Shown here: positions 26,085 through 37,476 of the stretch, one piece after another
Layout: each line of letters begins with the position of its first letter
Position numbering within the stretch: the first letter of the stretch is position 1
Assembly (NCBI RefSeq): GCF_963921235.1
Contig: NC_086102.1
Coordinates: 43,958,001 to 44,022,000, forward strand
Reading direction: 5' to 3'
DNA from: Mobula hypostoma
Taxonomy: Eukaryota
DNA length: 64,000 nucleotides
Position numbers and translations under genes: made by a program
The notes under the pieces: model-generated
Database searches by the model: none
What the model saw: the letters and a program-made list of their open reading frames with translations, nothing else
What the model was told of the DNA's origin: nothing

Positions 26085-26588
26085 ATCTTCGTGACCCGCC
26101 GTGTGGCCAGCATTCCTAGCAGTCTAAGTTGGTGAGTATTTTTCTAAAATAACACTCACACTTGGATCTGTTCGGTCAGTGGTGCATGGGTCACGAGGTA
26201 TCACGAACGTAGAGAGCTGAGCGGGTGGATATAAAAGTAGTGTGTGAACGTGCATGACTGTTTATGTTAGTGAGGAATCTTGGCATGTTAATTTGGACCA
26301 ACAGTTGCGAAAGGTTGTAACTAATGGTACGATTTGGGACGCCAGAGTAGGGGCGTGTATACTCGGTCAGGGAGCTGCATTTTAGTGTATGCATTTGCAA
26401 GTGTGATGCAAGGGAATACAGCAGGCATCATGAGTTCAGGTACCCATAAGTGGCAGATTGTGGAATACATACTCTGCAGTTTTAAGTATGTACTGTTTAA
26501 CTGCTACCTGTCTTTCATATTTTGCGTAGTGTGGGAATTAGTGTGGGGAATTCTCAGGAAGAGGTTTCACCCAGAGATATCTACCAGA

Positions 26589-27857
26589 ATGGCACCTATC
26601 GAGGTCAGGTAACATCAGGCTGAGAACCCTGATGATCCGAGCCAGCCTTTGACCTTGATTACGACTATAAACCCTTCACCCCGCGGGGAGAAACAGAGCA
26701 TCTTGTCTGAGTTGGCCTCACTTAAAGTCGCCTGTGGGAATTCAGGATTCTGGCGCAAGCTCGAGGAAATGGTTGGAATTCACCAGATGCACCCCAAAGA
26801 TATACACACGTTGGTAAAAGCGAAGTGCCCGAGGAATATGTGGGACAGGATGGCTCAGGGGGTATGAGATGGTACATGGGCAACTACTAGGAGCGCCAGT
26901 AATGAAGAAAGGTATCACTCTTTTAAAGGGGAAGTGAGGCAGGGGCTGGGGAACAATAATGGCAGTGACAGAGAGGGCTGACAGGACAACTATGGATTAT
27001 GCAGAATGTAAATATCGAGCATATGAGGAGGATTCAGGCTTGGATAATCCAGGGAGGGATGATCAAGTCTTTCTAAAAATGCTGAAGGAAGGCCTGAGCT
27101 CAGCCCACCAGGAAGTTTTAGATTTAGGCATAACAAGGGTCCAACTACTCTGTGATAGTTCGTGGGCCAGTGAGATAGACCAAAGAAAAGGCAAGAGAAA
27201 TCATGAAGTGAGTATAGTGGATGCAGCTGCTGTGATGTCCCCGAGAGTTTGGTTTGCTTGCCAGTAGCCAGGGCACCTAGCAAAAGGACTGTTGGGCCAG
27301 GTATAAGACAGTGAAGGAGTTGATATGCTACAGCTGTGGCCTATCGGGCCATGGCTGGAGACAGCGTCCAAAAGGGAGGGGGAAATCCCAGGCAAAGGTC
27401 ACGGCAGACACCCAGTCACTCACCCCATCAGCAACCAGTCTGACTGTCGATCAGATCAAAGAGCTAGTAATGGTGCCTCTCAGGGCAGGAAAAGGTGTGG
27501 CAGCAGGCTCCAATGCCAGTGCTGGTGACCCGCGGATGTACACAACGGCATTGTTGGGGGGACAGCAATGCAATATGTTAGTGGACACAGGAGCGTCAGT
27601 ATCGATAACAGACTTACCCTTACCAACAACCGGATAGGCCAGTTATATCAGGGGTGTAGGAGGGAAAATGGTAAAAGCAGAAAGAAGCGAGTCACAAATA
27701 CTAGAAATCAGGGGAGTGCAGCTTCCAGTGTATTTCTGGGTATGTCCAAATAATGAGGGCACGATCCTTGGAATTTACATCCTAAGGGAAGCAGGAGCTG
27801 TTATTGATTCGGGAAAGGGAGAAATAATATGGACGAGTCAGGGGCAGCGAACGCATA
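26589..27857 (+). pseudogene. gag-protease remnant
   Basis: Knuckle remnants WFACQ*PGHLAK and ICYSCGLSGHGWRQ, and protease MLVDTGASVSI, with multiple stops and frameshifts. Confidence 0.8.
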
Positions 27858-28146
27858 TGTAGCCCCCCTGTTATTTGGGCGGGGTGGGGTACATCACACA
27901 GCATCCACACAAACTGATTCCCCAGTTTGGTGGGGCCGCGGGCTTTTTCCCTAGGCAACAGCGAGCAGAGCGACCCTGAGGCTGGCCAGGGGGGCTACAT
28001 TGTGGGGGCTCGTCCGGGATTGGATCTACTGGTATGCTGTGTGATGGCCCTGTTTAAATCTGTAATGTGTGTCTCTGTGGGTTATTTGCTGGTTATTGCT
28101 GCATGCATGGTGGGTGAGGTCTTTGTTTGAGTTCAGACCCCTTACA
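27858..28146 (+). mobile_element. Nested 289-bp Gypsy solo LTR
   Basis: TGTAG...TTACA termini and a 4-bp TSD CATA. It is similar to the reverse complement of 857-1077. Removing it restores the protease frame. Confidence 0.85.
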
Positions 28147-28510
28147 CATACAACCAACAGAATACACAACCTGCTTAGCATAGCCACAGCCGCCCCGATC
28201 ACCAGAGACTGTGGCCCGGATGAGGTCCATGGGTTACCTTGTCAGCCGTTCCCAGCAGTGTTGTGGTCGAGTAAAGATAAACTCAGTTGAAATAGAGGAG
28301 GGTCTGTATAAACCCCCTAAGCAGGACCCTATAAAAAACTGACACACTGACCACTGTTCAGGGTATTGCGAAGGAACAAAAACACCAGGGGATACTCAGA
28401 GAGACTACGGCCACTCCAGAACATAAAGTTTTCCCAGTTCCTCCAAGGACAGACATTACAGTGCTGTGAATAAGGAAGCAGGGGATCAAGAGGCAATTTA
28501 AATTGCAAGT

Positions 28511-29650
28511 GTGCAGGAGGAAACGATAGAAGCCCGCTTAGTAAAATTATATGAAGAGGTGGAGGCAGAAGAGAGGGAAAAATGGAGGAGAAAAGGAGCA
28601 AAGGAGGGACCAGATGGGTGCTGGACACACGGGGAGGAAAGAGTCACGGTGGCCCCACCCTGTGTTAGACAGATACTACTAAAGTTATATCATGGGGCGA
28701 TGCATCAGGGAAGGCAGAGCATGATCACAACCCTCCGGCAGGACTGGTGGTGGCCAGAGATGGGCGGAGATGTTGAGAAATTCTGCCACCATTGTATCAC
28801 TGGTGCCCAGCATAACCCTGGTAAGGGCAGAAAGCTACAGCTGGCAAATCAGCCTTAGCCGAGAGGACCCTGGGAAAACATCCAGATAGACTTCACAGGG
28901 CCCCTGCCAAAAAGCAGGGGGAAAAGCTACTGTCTAGCAATTATGGACCACTTCACCCGGTGGGTAGAGGCTTTCCCAACAAGGGACTGTACAGCCAGCA
29001 ACGCTGCATGGATCCTAGTTCAGGAAATCCTCCCCAGGTGGGGAACCCCATTTCAGATGGATTCAGATTAGGGAGCACATTTCATGGGGAAAGTGATGAA
29101 GAAAAGGGATTCGACAATAGTTCCACGTACCCTACCACCCCCAGAGTTCAGGGATGGTAGAAAGGATGAACCGAACAATCAAGAATGCGTTAGCCAAAGC
29201 TATAGCTGAGACAGGAAAGACATGGGTTGATGTATTACCAGGAATCCTGATGAGATTGTGCACAACCCCAAACTGCACGTTGGGTTTCAGCCCCTACGAA
29301 TTATTGATGGGGCGAGCAATGCGACTCCTTTATGGGGTAATTATGGTTTGCAGGGAGCCTGAGGCTTACAGGGATAGATTGACACAATATGTGAAAGACC
29401 TTTGTAACCAACTTAAAGTGTTGAAGGACCGAGTGAAACAACAGCAGCGAACCACTGATCAGAGAGAGCCAGAGGGAAAGGGGATAGTCCTTCCACAGGC
29501 CGGCGACCAAGTTATGGTGAGGGTGCTGCTAGAAAGGCCAATGTTTTCCCCCAGGTGGATAGGACCACAGACGGTACTCTTAGCCAGTGATATGTGTGTC
29601 TGTGTACAGATTCGGCGAGGCAGCCAGTGACAACACTGGACCCAGATTAA
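28511..29650 (+). pseudogene. Retroviral-type integrase remnant
   Basis: HHCC region (LYHGAMHQG...FCHHCITG), IQIDFTG, QMDSD and YHPQSSGMVERMNRTIK, plus C-terminal GDQVMVR...PRWIGP. Confidence 0.9.
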
Positions 29651-30526
29651 AGCACATGGCTCACCCTCTTGTTGCTCCCACAGACAGAGTGGGGAACCAA
29701 GTGTACCCAGTAACCATGTAATTACAGAGAACCTAAGAGAGGAACACCAGCCGGCCATGCCAGACCTGACCACAGCTGATAAAAACAAACCCGGAGGAAA
29801 AGCAAAGACAGACAACGCCAAGAACGTGGCAGAAGACACTGAGAACATGTTGGAAAACCATGAATAGCCTGCTAAAGTGTGATGATGATGGTACTCTGTA
29901 AAGAAGGCTGGTTGCTAAAGGTGGATGATTCATTTTATAGCATAGTATAGAAATTTATTGTGAAATAGACGGGGAGGGATTTTTGAGTTAAAGCAGCGAC
30001 GGCAAGTTCCACCACTTCGATGGCATTTCAGACTGCACACGGCATCTGGAAGCAGTCACCCCGAGTCTGAGGAGCTGGGCCCTTTTCAGCAGTTGGGCCA
30101 GTGATCGATCGGACAGTTTGGAAGGGGGTGCCACCCGAGAGAGGTCCTTGCAGACGTTTACGTAGAGGCCACCCCAACCCCTTCCTGTACATCAATGAGA
30201 AGGCCTGTGGGTGCTCCTGGAAGGAGAGTTTCATTGACCAGAGGACAAAGGAATGTGATTAAGCTGCAGTCAGCCTTCAGGGAAAGAGCCAAAAGCCACA
30301 CAAAAGGAGCCGCATTTCTAAAGGCTTGGAACAGCCTCTCTGCTTAACATTTGGTAGGTAGTGATTAGGGAATGCTAGGATAGATATCCAGGTACCTAAA
30401 ACGGGGGGGGGGGGGGGAGGAATTTCGAGACAGAGCATTTTTGCTGCCCTATTTGAGCAGATCCTCCTAGGTTGGCCTTTTCTGGTACAAATTTAATTTT
30501 TGTCCAGGAGGGCCAAGAGGAGGGAC

Positions 30527-31071
30527 TGTTAGATGATTCATTTACATTTAAATGGCTTGGCCACCAGTCTCCTCTTTGACAAGTCTTGTGGATTGAGTTC
30601 ATTCGTAACAATGCATTTCCTAAAAGCTGTGAATACCAGACACTGCTGATGCCTCTGGGATGAAGTTTACAGGGAGTTTCGAAAACAGCATTATCTATAC
30701 TTCATAGATATGAATTGTCTTCTATGTTAGCATGTAAAATGCCAAGTAAATGTATTGTGGATTTAACTTGCATTCCTAAAGGCTGTGGATACCAACCCAG
30801 ACATGCTGGCGTTGGAACGAAAGGATGAAGTCAGAAGGTGTGATGTTTTGTATGTAGCTTCAAAAGGAAGCATTGTCTACCACTTTTTAAATAGCGATTG
30901 CCCTTTGTGTTTAGCGTATAAATATCGAGCCCACATTGGGCTAGCAGACCTTTCCACCGAAAGCGTCTCCGTCCGTATGATGCCTGCTGTACCTTGTTGT
31001 GTCGAATAAAGAAGCTGCTTTGTATCTACCAGTAACTCTGTCTCTCCAGTGATTTCATCCACGCCACAACA
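30527..31071 (+). repeat. 3' LTR preceded by a polypurine tract (~30515-30526)
   Basis: AAGAGGAGGGAC followed by TGTTAG...CAACA. Confidence 0.9.
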
Positions 31072-34000
31072 GCATGAATTCCATCTTGTCTACATACCAT
31101 GAACACTCAATTCCCTTTCAGGGATGCGGAGGTCTATCTTAAAATATGGTGTTTATAATGGGAAATTTAAAAAAAGGAAGATTAGCTTTATTTGTCAAAT
31201 GTACTGTACATCAAACCATCAAAATATACACTGGACACTGGTTTTTTTTGGTTTACATCAATGACCAACACATTCCAAGAACCACAGTCCAACATAATCC
31301 AGTCCTGAGGAAGGGTTTCATCCCAAAATTCATTCATTTCCATCGATGCTGCCTGACTGGCTGAGTTCCTACAGCATTTTGTGTGTGTTGCCGAGGATCG
31401 TGGTAGGGCAGCAGCAAGTGTCACCAAGCTTCTGATGCCAACATAGCATGCCCACAACTTACTACACATCTTTCCAATGTGAGAGCAAAGCAGGTCACCT
31501 GGAGGAAGCCCATGTGATCACAAGGAGAACATACACACTCCTTACAGTGAAAGGAATTGACCTTGATTGCTACTGCTGTTATAGCGTTCTGCTAACTGCT
31601 ATGCTACCTTGCCACTCTCACCAGCCAATGTACTATAGCTTTGATAGTGGTCCAAATGGTTCATTGTCAAAGCCTGATTTGGTGATGTCACTTGCTTCAT
31701 TGACTTTGCTGCCCTATGGATCAGGGAATTGATGACCCACAACTCTAGTGCCCCAATTTACATTCATGGTGGCGTTACATCAATCTTCGCCACGTACAGT
31801 CCTCGCCAGTTAGGTCAGAGTGACCAAGTAGCAGTTGAAGAACTTCTGTCTGCGTCCAAGCCACAATTATTTCCAGAAACCCCACATCAACAGCAGCCTT
31901 TGATCTCCTGCCCTGAAGCCACTGAGGAAGCACGTAGTTTGAAGAGAAGAGCTTGCGGATAAGACATAAATAAATATTGGTTTCTGTCTACCAGAAATTT
32001 GGGATACACATCATATGGTGAATCTTAATAAGAGCATGGTTCAGGCATGCAAGGAGCTCAAGCTGCAGAAATTCACTGGGAATTTGGCTGGTAGTTGAAG
32101 ACATCAAAATGCAGAAGGCTTCAAACAGCTAGGATGCTTTTGTTTAAAAAGGATGTTTGCAGGCCGTTTAAGGGTAAAAGCACTGATGAATCTATAGTAA
32201 AAGGTGGATGTTAGAACATAAGACAGGGAAAACATCTTTACCCTGACGTTTGTGAGGCTGTGAAATTCATGATCAGATCTAATAATTGAGGAAGAGTCAC
32301 ATTGCCATTCAAAGGCTGTTAAAGGTAATTGAGGAAAGTGCAGTAAGAAATATGGATGCATTGTGGGACTTGGGATTAATACCATACAGGTGTCCCAGAG
32401 ATTTTTATTTATTTAGAGATACAGTGTAGAGCAAGCCCTTCAGGCACAACAAGCTGTACCACCCAGAAATGCACCTGTTTAACACTAGCTTAATCACAGG
32501 ACATCTTATAATGACCGATTAACCTACTATCTAGTACATCTTTGGACTGTGGGAGGAAACTGGAGCACCTGGAGAAAACCAAACCGCTATGGGGAACCAA
32601 ACTCCTTACAGACAGCACTGATGCCAAAATTGAACTCTGAACTCCAGAATGCACTGTGCTGTAATAGCGTTGCGCTAACCCCTACACTACTGTGGGGTCC
32701 TATAGATTAGTTGTTCTGAAGAGCCGATTTCCATAATGTAATTTCAACATTCTCAAACACTAGCAGTAACTCCTGCTCTAGATGATGAATGTTGGGAGAG
32801 AAGTTTCAGGTACAGATAGACCTTAACTTCCACAAGGGGTGGTCTTTGTATAGATTGGTGTCCATTAGTTCCTAACATCAGTTTAAGATAGAGAAAGCGA
32901 ATAAACACATTAACATATACACTGTGAGTTACTCACAATCTCTTCACTTCCTTATCTACCCGTATCATCTTACAGAGCAATGTTCTGCACTATTTATCAG
33001 TTCTTGGGTTTGAGGAAGCAGCATCAAATCCTTCAAAATTGCTTTCAAAATTGATACACAGGAGGAGGATGTTGTGGCAGTCATAGAGATTGCAAAATAT
33101 CATTTGACTTTTGCGTAAATTTACTGAAATGGCCATCGCCTGCTTCAAGGTAATGGTCTAACCATTAGAGCTAATCTGACCTCAGATCTGATCAACAATA
33201 GATACAATTGTAAACAGTACTAGGTTTTTTCTTGTTATTTTCCATGCACTTTTGTTCGAGTTTTTTTATGCATGACAAAAATAAAGTGAAAACCTCACCC
33301 ACAGTCTGATTGCAGCATCAAGCTGACAGGAAAACTCAATTAAGAAAAGGAAACAGCTGTCATTTTTGATTTTACATAACCTATGAAAATACACAATCAT
33401 CCTAACAACAGTGAATCCTTGAAATTCACTGACCAAGAGGCTTGCGGATGCTCTGTCACGAAGTGCATCTGAGAAGATGGTGCTGAGGTAAACAGTCATC
33501 CATGATCTTGACCCACAAGGATCTGTCCTGCTTCTGTCCAAGATCATTGAACAGTTCCCTATGATAAGATCATCCCTTGACCTCACAATCTACCTCGCTA
33601 TGACCTTGCATCTTACTGTCTACCTGCACTGCAATTTCTCTGTAACACTCCATTCTTCATTCTATTACGGTTTATAGGCTGGTCCTGGACATTTCCTGGC
33701 ATAATTTACATATTACTATTTAATTATTTATGGTTTTATTACTATTTATTATTTACGGTGCAACTGTAACGAAAACCAATTTCCCCCGGGATCAATAAAG
33801 TATGACTATGACTATGACTTACCTTGTACAACCTCAATGCACTGCTGTAATGAAATAATCTGCATGAACACACAAGACAAAGTTTTCACTGCACCACAGT
33901 ACATGTGGCCAATAATAAACCTATTTACCTATTTTATTGAATGGTGGAGCAGGCACAAAGGAGTAATGTCTCTAATATTTCCTATTCTTTGTTCCTTCTT

Positions 34001-34261
34001 ATCAAAAATGAACTATAACAAATATGATTAAATCTAAAATATATTGTATTTATTAATAAGATTAATTTTAAATGCATATGAAAATATAATGGATTAATTT
34101 AGCATTGTGTTGTATCTTAAGCATTTAAAGTATTAATAATCAGTTGGACTTCACATTGAATAAACAATGATTGACTGTTTTGAAATATTGGAGTCATGCA
34201 GTGAGATACAGAATAACCAAGTCACTAAACACAAAATAATCTGCAGATGCTGGGGTCAAAG

Positions 34262-34440
34262 TAACACACAAAACATGCTGGAAGAACTCAGCAGGTCGGG
34301 CAGCATCCGTGGAAACGAACAGTCAATGTTTTAGGCTGAGACCCTTCGTCAGGACTGAAGGGTCTCGGCCCGAAACGTTGACTGTTCATTTCCACGGATG
34401 CTGCCCGACCTGCTGAGTTCCTTCAGCGTGTTGTGCGATA
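34262..34440. repeat. PLE-derived ~180-bp palindrome with two half-broken hammerhead-like motifs
   Basis: The arms are near-perfect reverse complements centred near 34350. Confidence 0.75.
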
Positions 34441-35375
34441 AACAAGTCACTGTCTGCCTGGAAAGTTGGCACGAGTGACTGCCTCTGGAAGCAGTAGGAG
34501 GTTCCTGCTTTCAAATCTATTAGTGGCTTAGGTGAAAAGCTGAGTAATGGCAATCCAGATCCAAGTGGGAAGCTGAGCTTTGAAGAAGAAATAAAGGATC
34601 TGCAAATAGTTGTGGACTTGTCAAACAAGTTGGCAGGAAAGTGGCAGATGGAGTATAATCTTGAAAATACTTGGTCTGAAGAATGAAGAAACAGGTTTTC
34701 CTAAGAAATGCTCTTCCGTCTATAGGTGTCAGGATGTTGCAGGCCCCAGTGCCATCATGTGTAAATGCAGAAGTCCAAAACATTCTTGTTGCTGATTAAT
34801 TCCCTGTTGCTCCCTGACAATGGACTCGTTGTGATACCGCACCAACTTCTTGCAGGTTCCTAAAAATATTATTGGAATATTTGTTCACTGCACTACCAGA
34901 TTCTGCAACTCAATTCTTTCTGTTGACAATAATGACTCTGATGGAGAGAGGCTGTTTTCAGCTCATTTGAAACTTCCTGAATTAATTGGGGGTTCTTAAT
35001 TTTAATTGAATTAAAAGTTTGTTGGTGGTTCAAAAGTTTGAAAACAGCTGATTAATATCACACTTGGGTGGTTGTCAAGGCAGTTCTGCAGTCAGAGCTA
35101 ATTTAAGCCTGGCCCCATGACACCTGTATTTGCTGAAGACTTTATGTTGTGTCGGCCTTCACCAAGCATTAAGCCAACATGCTGGATGAAGTTGCTAGCT
35201 GAAGGTCCATGCTGGTGTGGATGGTGATAGAAGGGGAAGGGTGGTGAGAGGCATGGTGATGGGGGCTGCCTTAATTTCATTGATCACAAGAAATTGCCAG
35301 TCCTTTTTTTAAGTGAGAAGGTAAAATCATTGGTGTGTTAAAGTCTTAAGGTATTAGTTCCTGAGATGTGAAAAA

Positions 35376-36680
35376 GAAACATAGAAACATAGAAAATAGG
35401 TGCAGGAGTAGGCCATTCGGCCCTTCGAGCCTGCACCACCATTCAGTATGATCATGGCTGGATATCCAACTCAGAACCCTGTACCTGCCTTCTCTCCATA
35501 CCCCCTGATCCCTTTAGCCACAAGGGGCATATCTAACTCCCTCTTAAATATAGCCAATGAACTGGCCTCAATTGTTTCCTGTGGCAGAGAATTCCACAGA
35601 TTCACCACTCTCTGTGTGAAGAAATTTTTCCTCATCTCAGTCCTAAAAGGCTTCCCCTTTATCCTTAAACTGTGACCCCTCGTTCTGGACTTCCCTAACA
35701 TCGAGAACAATCTTCCTGCATCTAGCCTGTCCAATCCCTTTAGGATTTTATACGTTTCAATAAGATCCCCCCTCAATCTTCTAAATTCCAGTGAGTATAA
35801 GCCTAGTCGATCCACTCTTTCTTCATATGGAAGTCCTGCCTTCCCAGGAATCAATCTGATGAACCTTCTTTGCACTCCCTCTATGGCAAGAATGCCCTTC
35901 CTCAGATTAGGGGACCAAATCTGCACACAATACTCCAGGTGTGGTCTCACCAAGGCCTTGTACAACTGCAGTAGTACCTCCCTGCTCCTGTACTCGTATC
36001 CTCTTGCTACGAATGCCAACATACCATTTGCCTTTTTCACCGCCTGCTGTACCTGCATGCCCACTTTCAATGACTGGTGTACAATGACACCCAGGACTCG
36101 TTGCACCTCCCCTTTTCCTAATTGGCCACCATTCTGATAATAATCTGTTTTCCTGTTCTTGCCACCAAAGTGGATAAGCTCACATTTATCCACATTAAAT
36201 TGCATCTGCCATGAATTTTCCCACTCACCTAACCTATCCAAGTCACCCTGCATCCTCTTAGCATCCTCCTCACAGCTAACACTACCGCCCAGCTTCATGT
36301 CATCCACAAACTTGGAGATGCTGCATTTAATTCCCTTGTCTAAATCATTAATATTGTAAACAACTGGGGTCCCAGCAGTGGAGCCTTGTGGTACCCCACT
36401 AGTCAAAGTCTGCCATTCTGAAAAGGTCCTGTTTATTCCCACTCTTTGCTTCCTGTCTGCCAACTAATTCTCTATCCACGTCAATACCATACCCCCAATA
36501 CCGTGTGCTTTAAGTTTGCACACTAATCTCCTGTGTGGGACCTTGTCAAAAGCCTATTGAAAATCCAAATATACCACATCCACTGGTTCTCCCCTATCCA
36601 CTCTACTAGTCACATCCTCAAAAAATTCTATAAGATTCATCAGACATGATTTTCCTTTTACAAATCCATGCTGACTTTGT
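35376..36680 (-). mobile_element. CR1-type LINE 3' part with a 330-aa RT C-terminal ORF and a short-repeat tail
   Basis: ORF 35471-36463 (SGVPQGS, ISKFVDDMKLGG) and a gaaacata tail repeat at 35376-35397. Confidence 0.9.
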
Positions 36681-37209
36681 CCGATGATACAAGTATAGCA
36701 AGCAAGTAGAAAAGTAGATAAGAAATGGGTGTTCATTGCAAAGAATTTGGAATTCAAAATCAAGCTAGTCTTTCTGATATAATGAAAACAGGTTTGGAGC
36801 ACATGCCTCCTTATTAAAGAAAGCATAAATCTACCTTTGATTCAGTCAAGGACAGAGTCCCTGGATTGACTCTTGAGATGAAAGAGTGGTCCTGTGAAGA
36901 GAGATTGAGCAGATTTCTTCACGAAACATAGGATTCAAAGAGGAACCAACAGGAGACTGTTCGCTTACAAGAGAATCCACCACTAGCTTCAGTCATTCAA
37001 AGTTGCAATGGAAAGAAAGATATTGACCTAGTTTGGAATTCTCTGGCTCAATGGACACACACAATGCTCAGCTATTGAGATCAATAGGATTATGAGCCCC
37101 AAGGAATCGGGAATGAGTCACAGACGTGCTACCAGTCATGAGCTCATTGAAAGAAGGCGTCAATTTCAGGAGCTGTGCCACCTTCTCTAGTTTCTGTTTC
37201 TTATAACAA

Positions 37210-37476
37210 TTATGCAAATTGTTGTAGAGAAAAACTTGTGGTTGTATGGCAATTAGCATTCTGGGCTCTCTTTGACGTGGGACAAACGCTGACTGTGAAG
37301 TTACATACGGGTTCTTCATAGATAAGATTATTTTTATCTTTGACCTTTAAAGCAGCATATTCTGTTTCATGGGCCTGTGCTGGACTTCTCAATTCTTGCC
37401 TTTGCTTCCCCGTGGGAGGATTGCTAAAATAAACAGATGCATATTGCAGAGTTTCATCACTTAAAGAAACGTTAAC
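37210..37476 (-). CDS. Terminal cytoplasmic exon with tyrosine motifs (ITIM LQYASV, ITSM-like TEYAAL, YEEP)
   Basis: A strong acceptor tttttgtgttgcag|GTT (phase 0) is followed by 88 open codons to TAA, in non-repetitive sequence. Confidence 0.8.
   Translation of the reverse strand, partial: VNVSLSDETLQYASVYFSNPPTGKQRQELRSPAQAHETEYAALKVKDKNNLIYEEPVCNFTVSVCPTSKRAQNANCHTTTSFSLQQFA

Larger units (their letters stand above)
25502..31071 (+). mobile_element. Retrovirus-like LTR element: gag-pro-[RT/RNase H deleted]-integrase, no env
   Basis: Paired LTRs (TGTTAG...CAACA), near-TSD GCGT/GCAT, PBS, PPT, gag with two CCHC-like knuckles, protease LVDTGAS and a DDE integrase. Confidence 0.9.

Noticed and set aside
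29355-29369. 15-nt match (GAGCCTGAGGCTTAC) to the Gypsy LTR near 1005-1020
   Set aside because: It is a short match inside the integrase reading frame and is probably chance.
30403-30420. Long G run as the PPT or a G-quadruplex switch
   Set aside because: The true LTR start is at 30527 with its own adjacent purine tract. A lone homopolymer has no supporting evidence.
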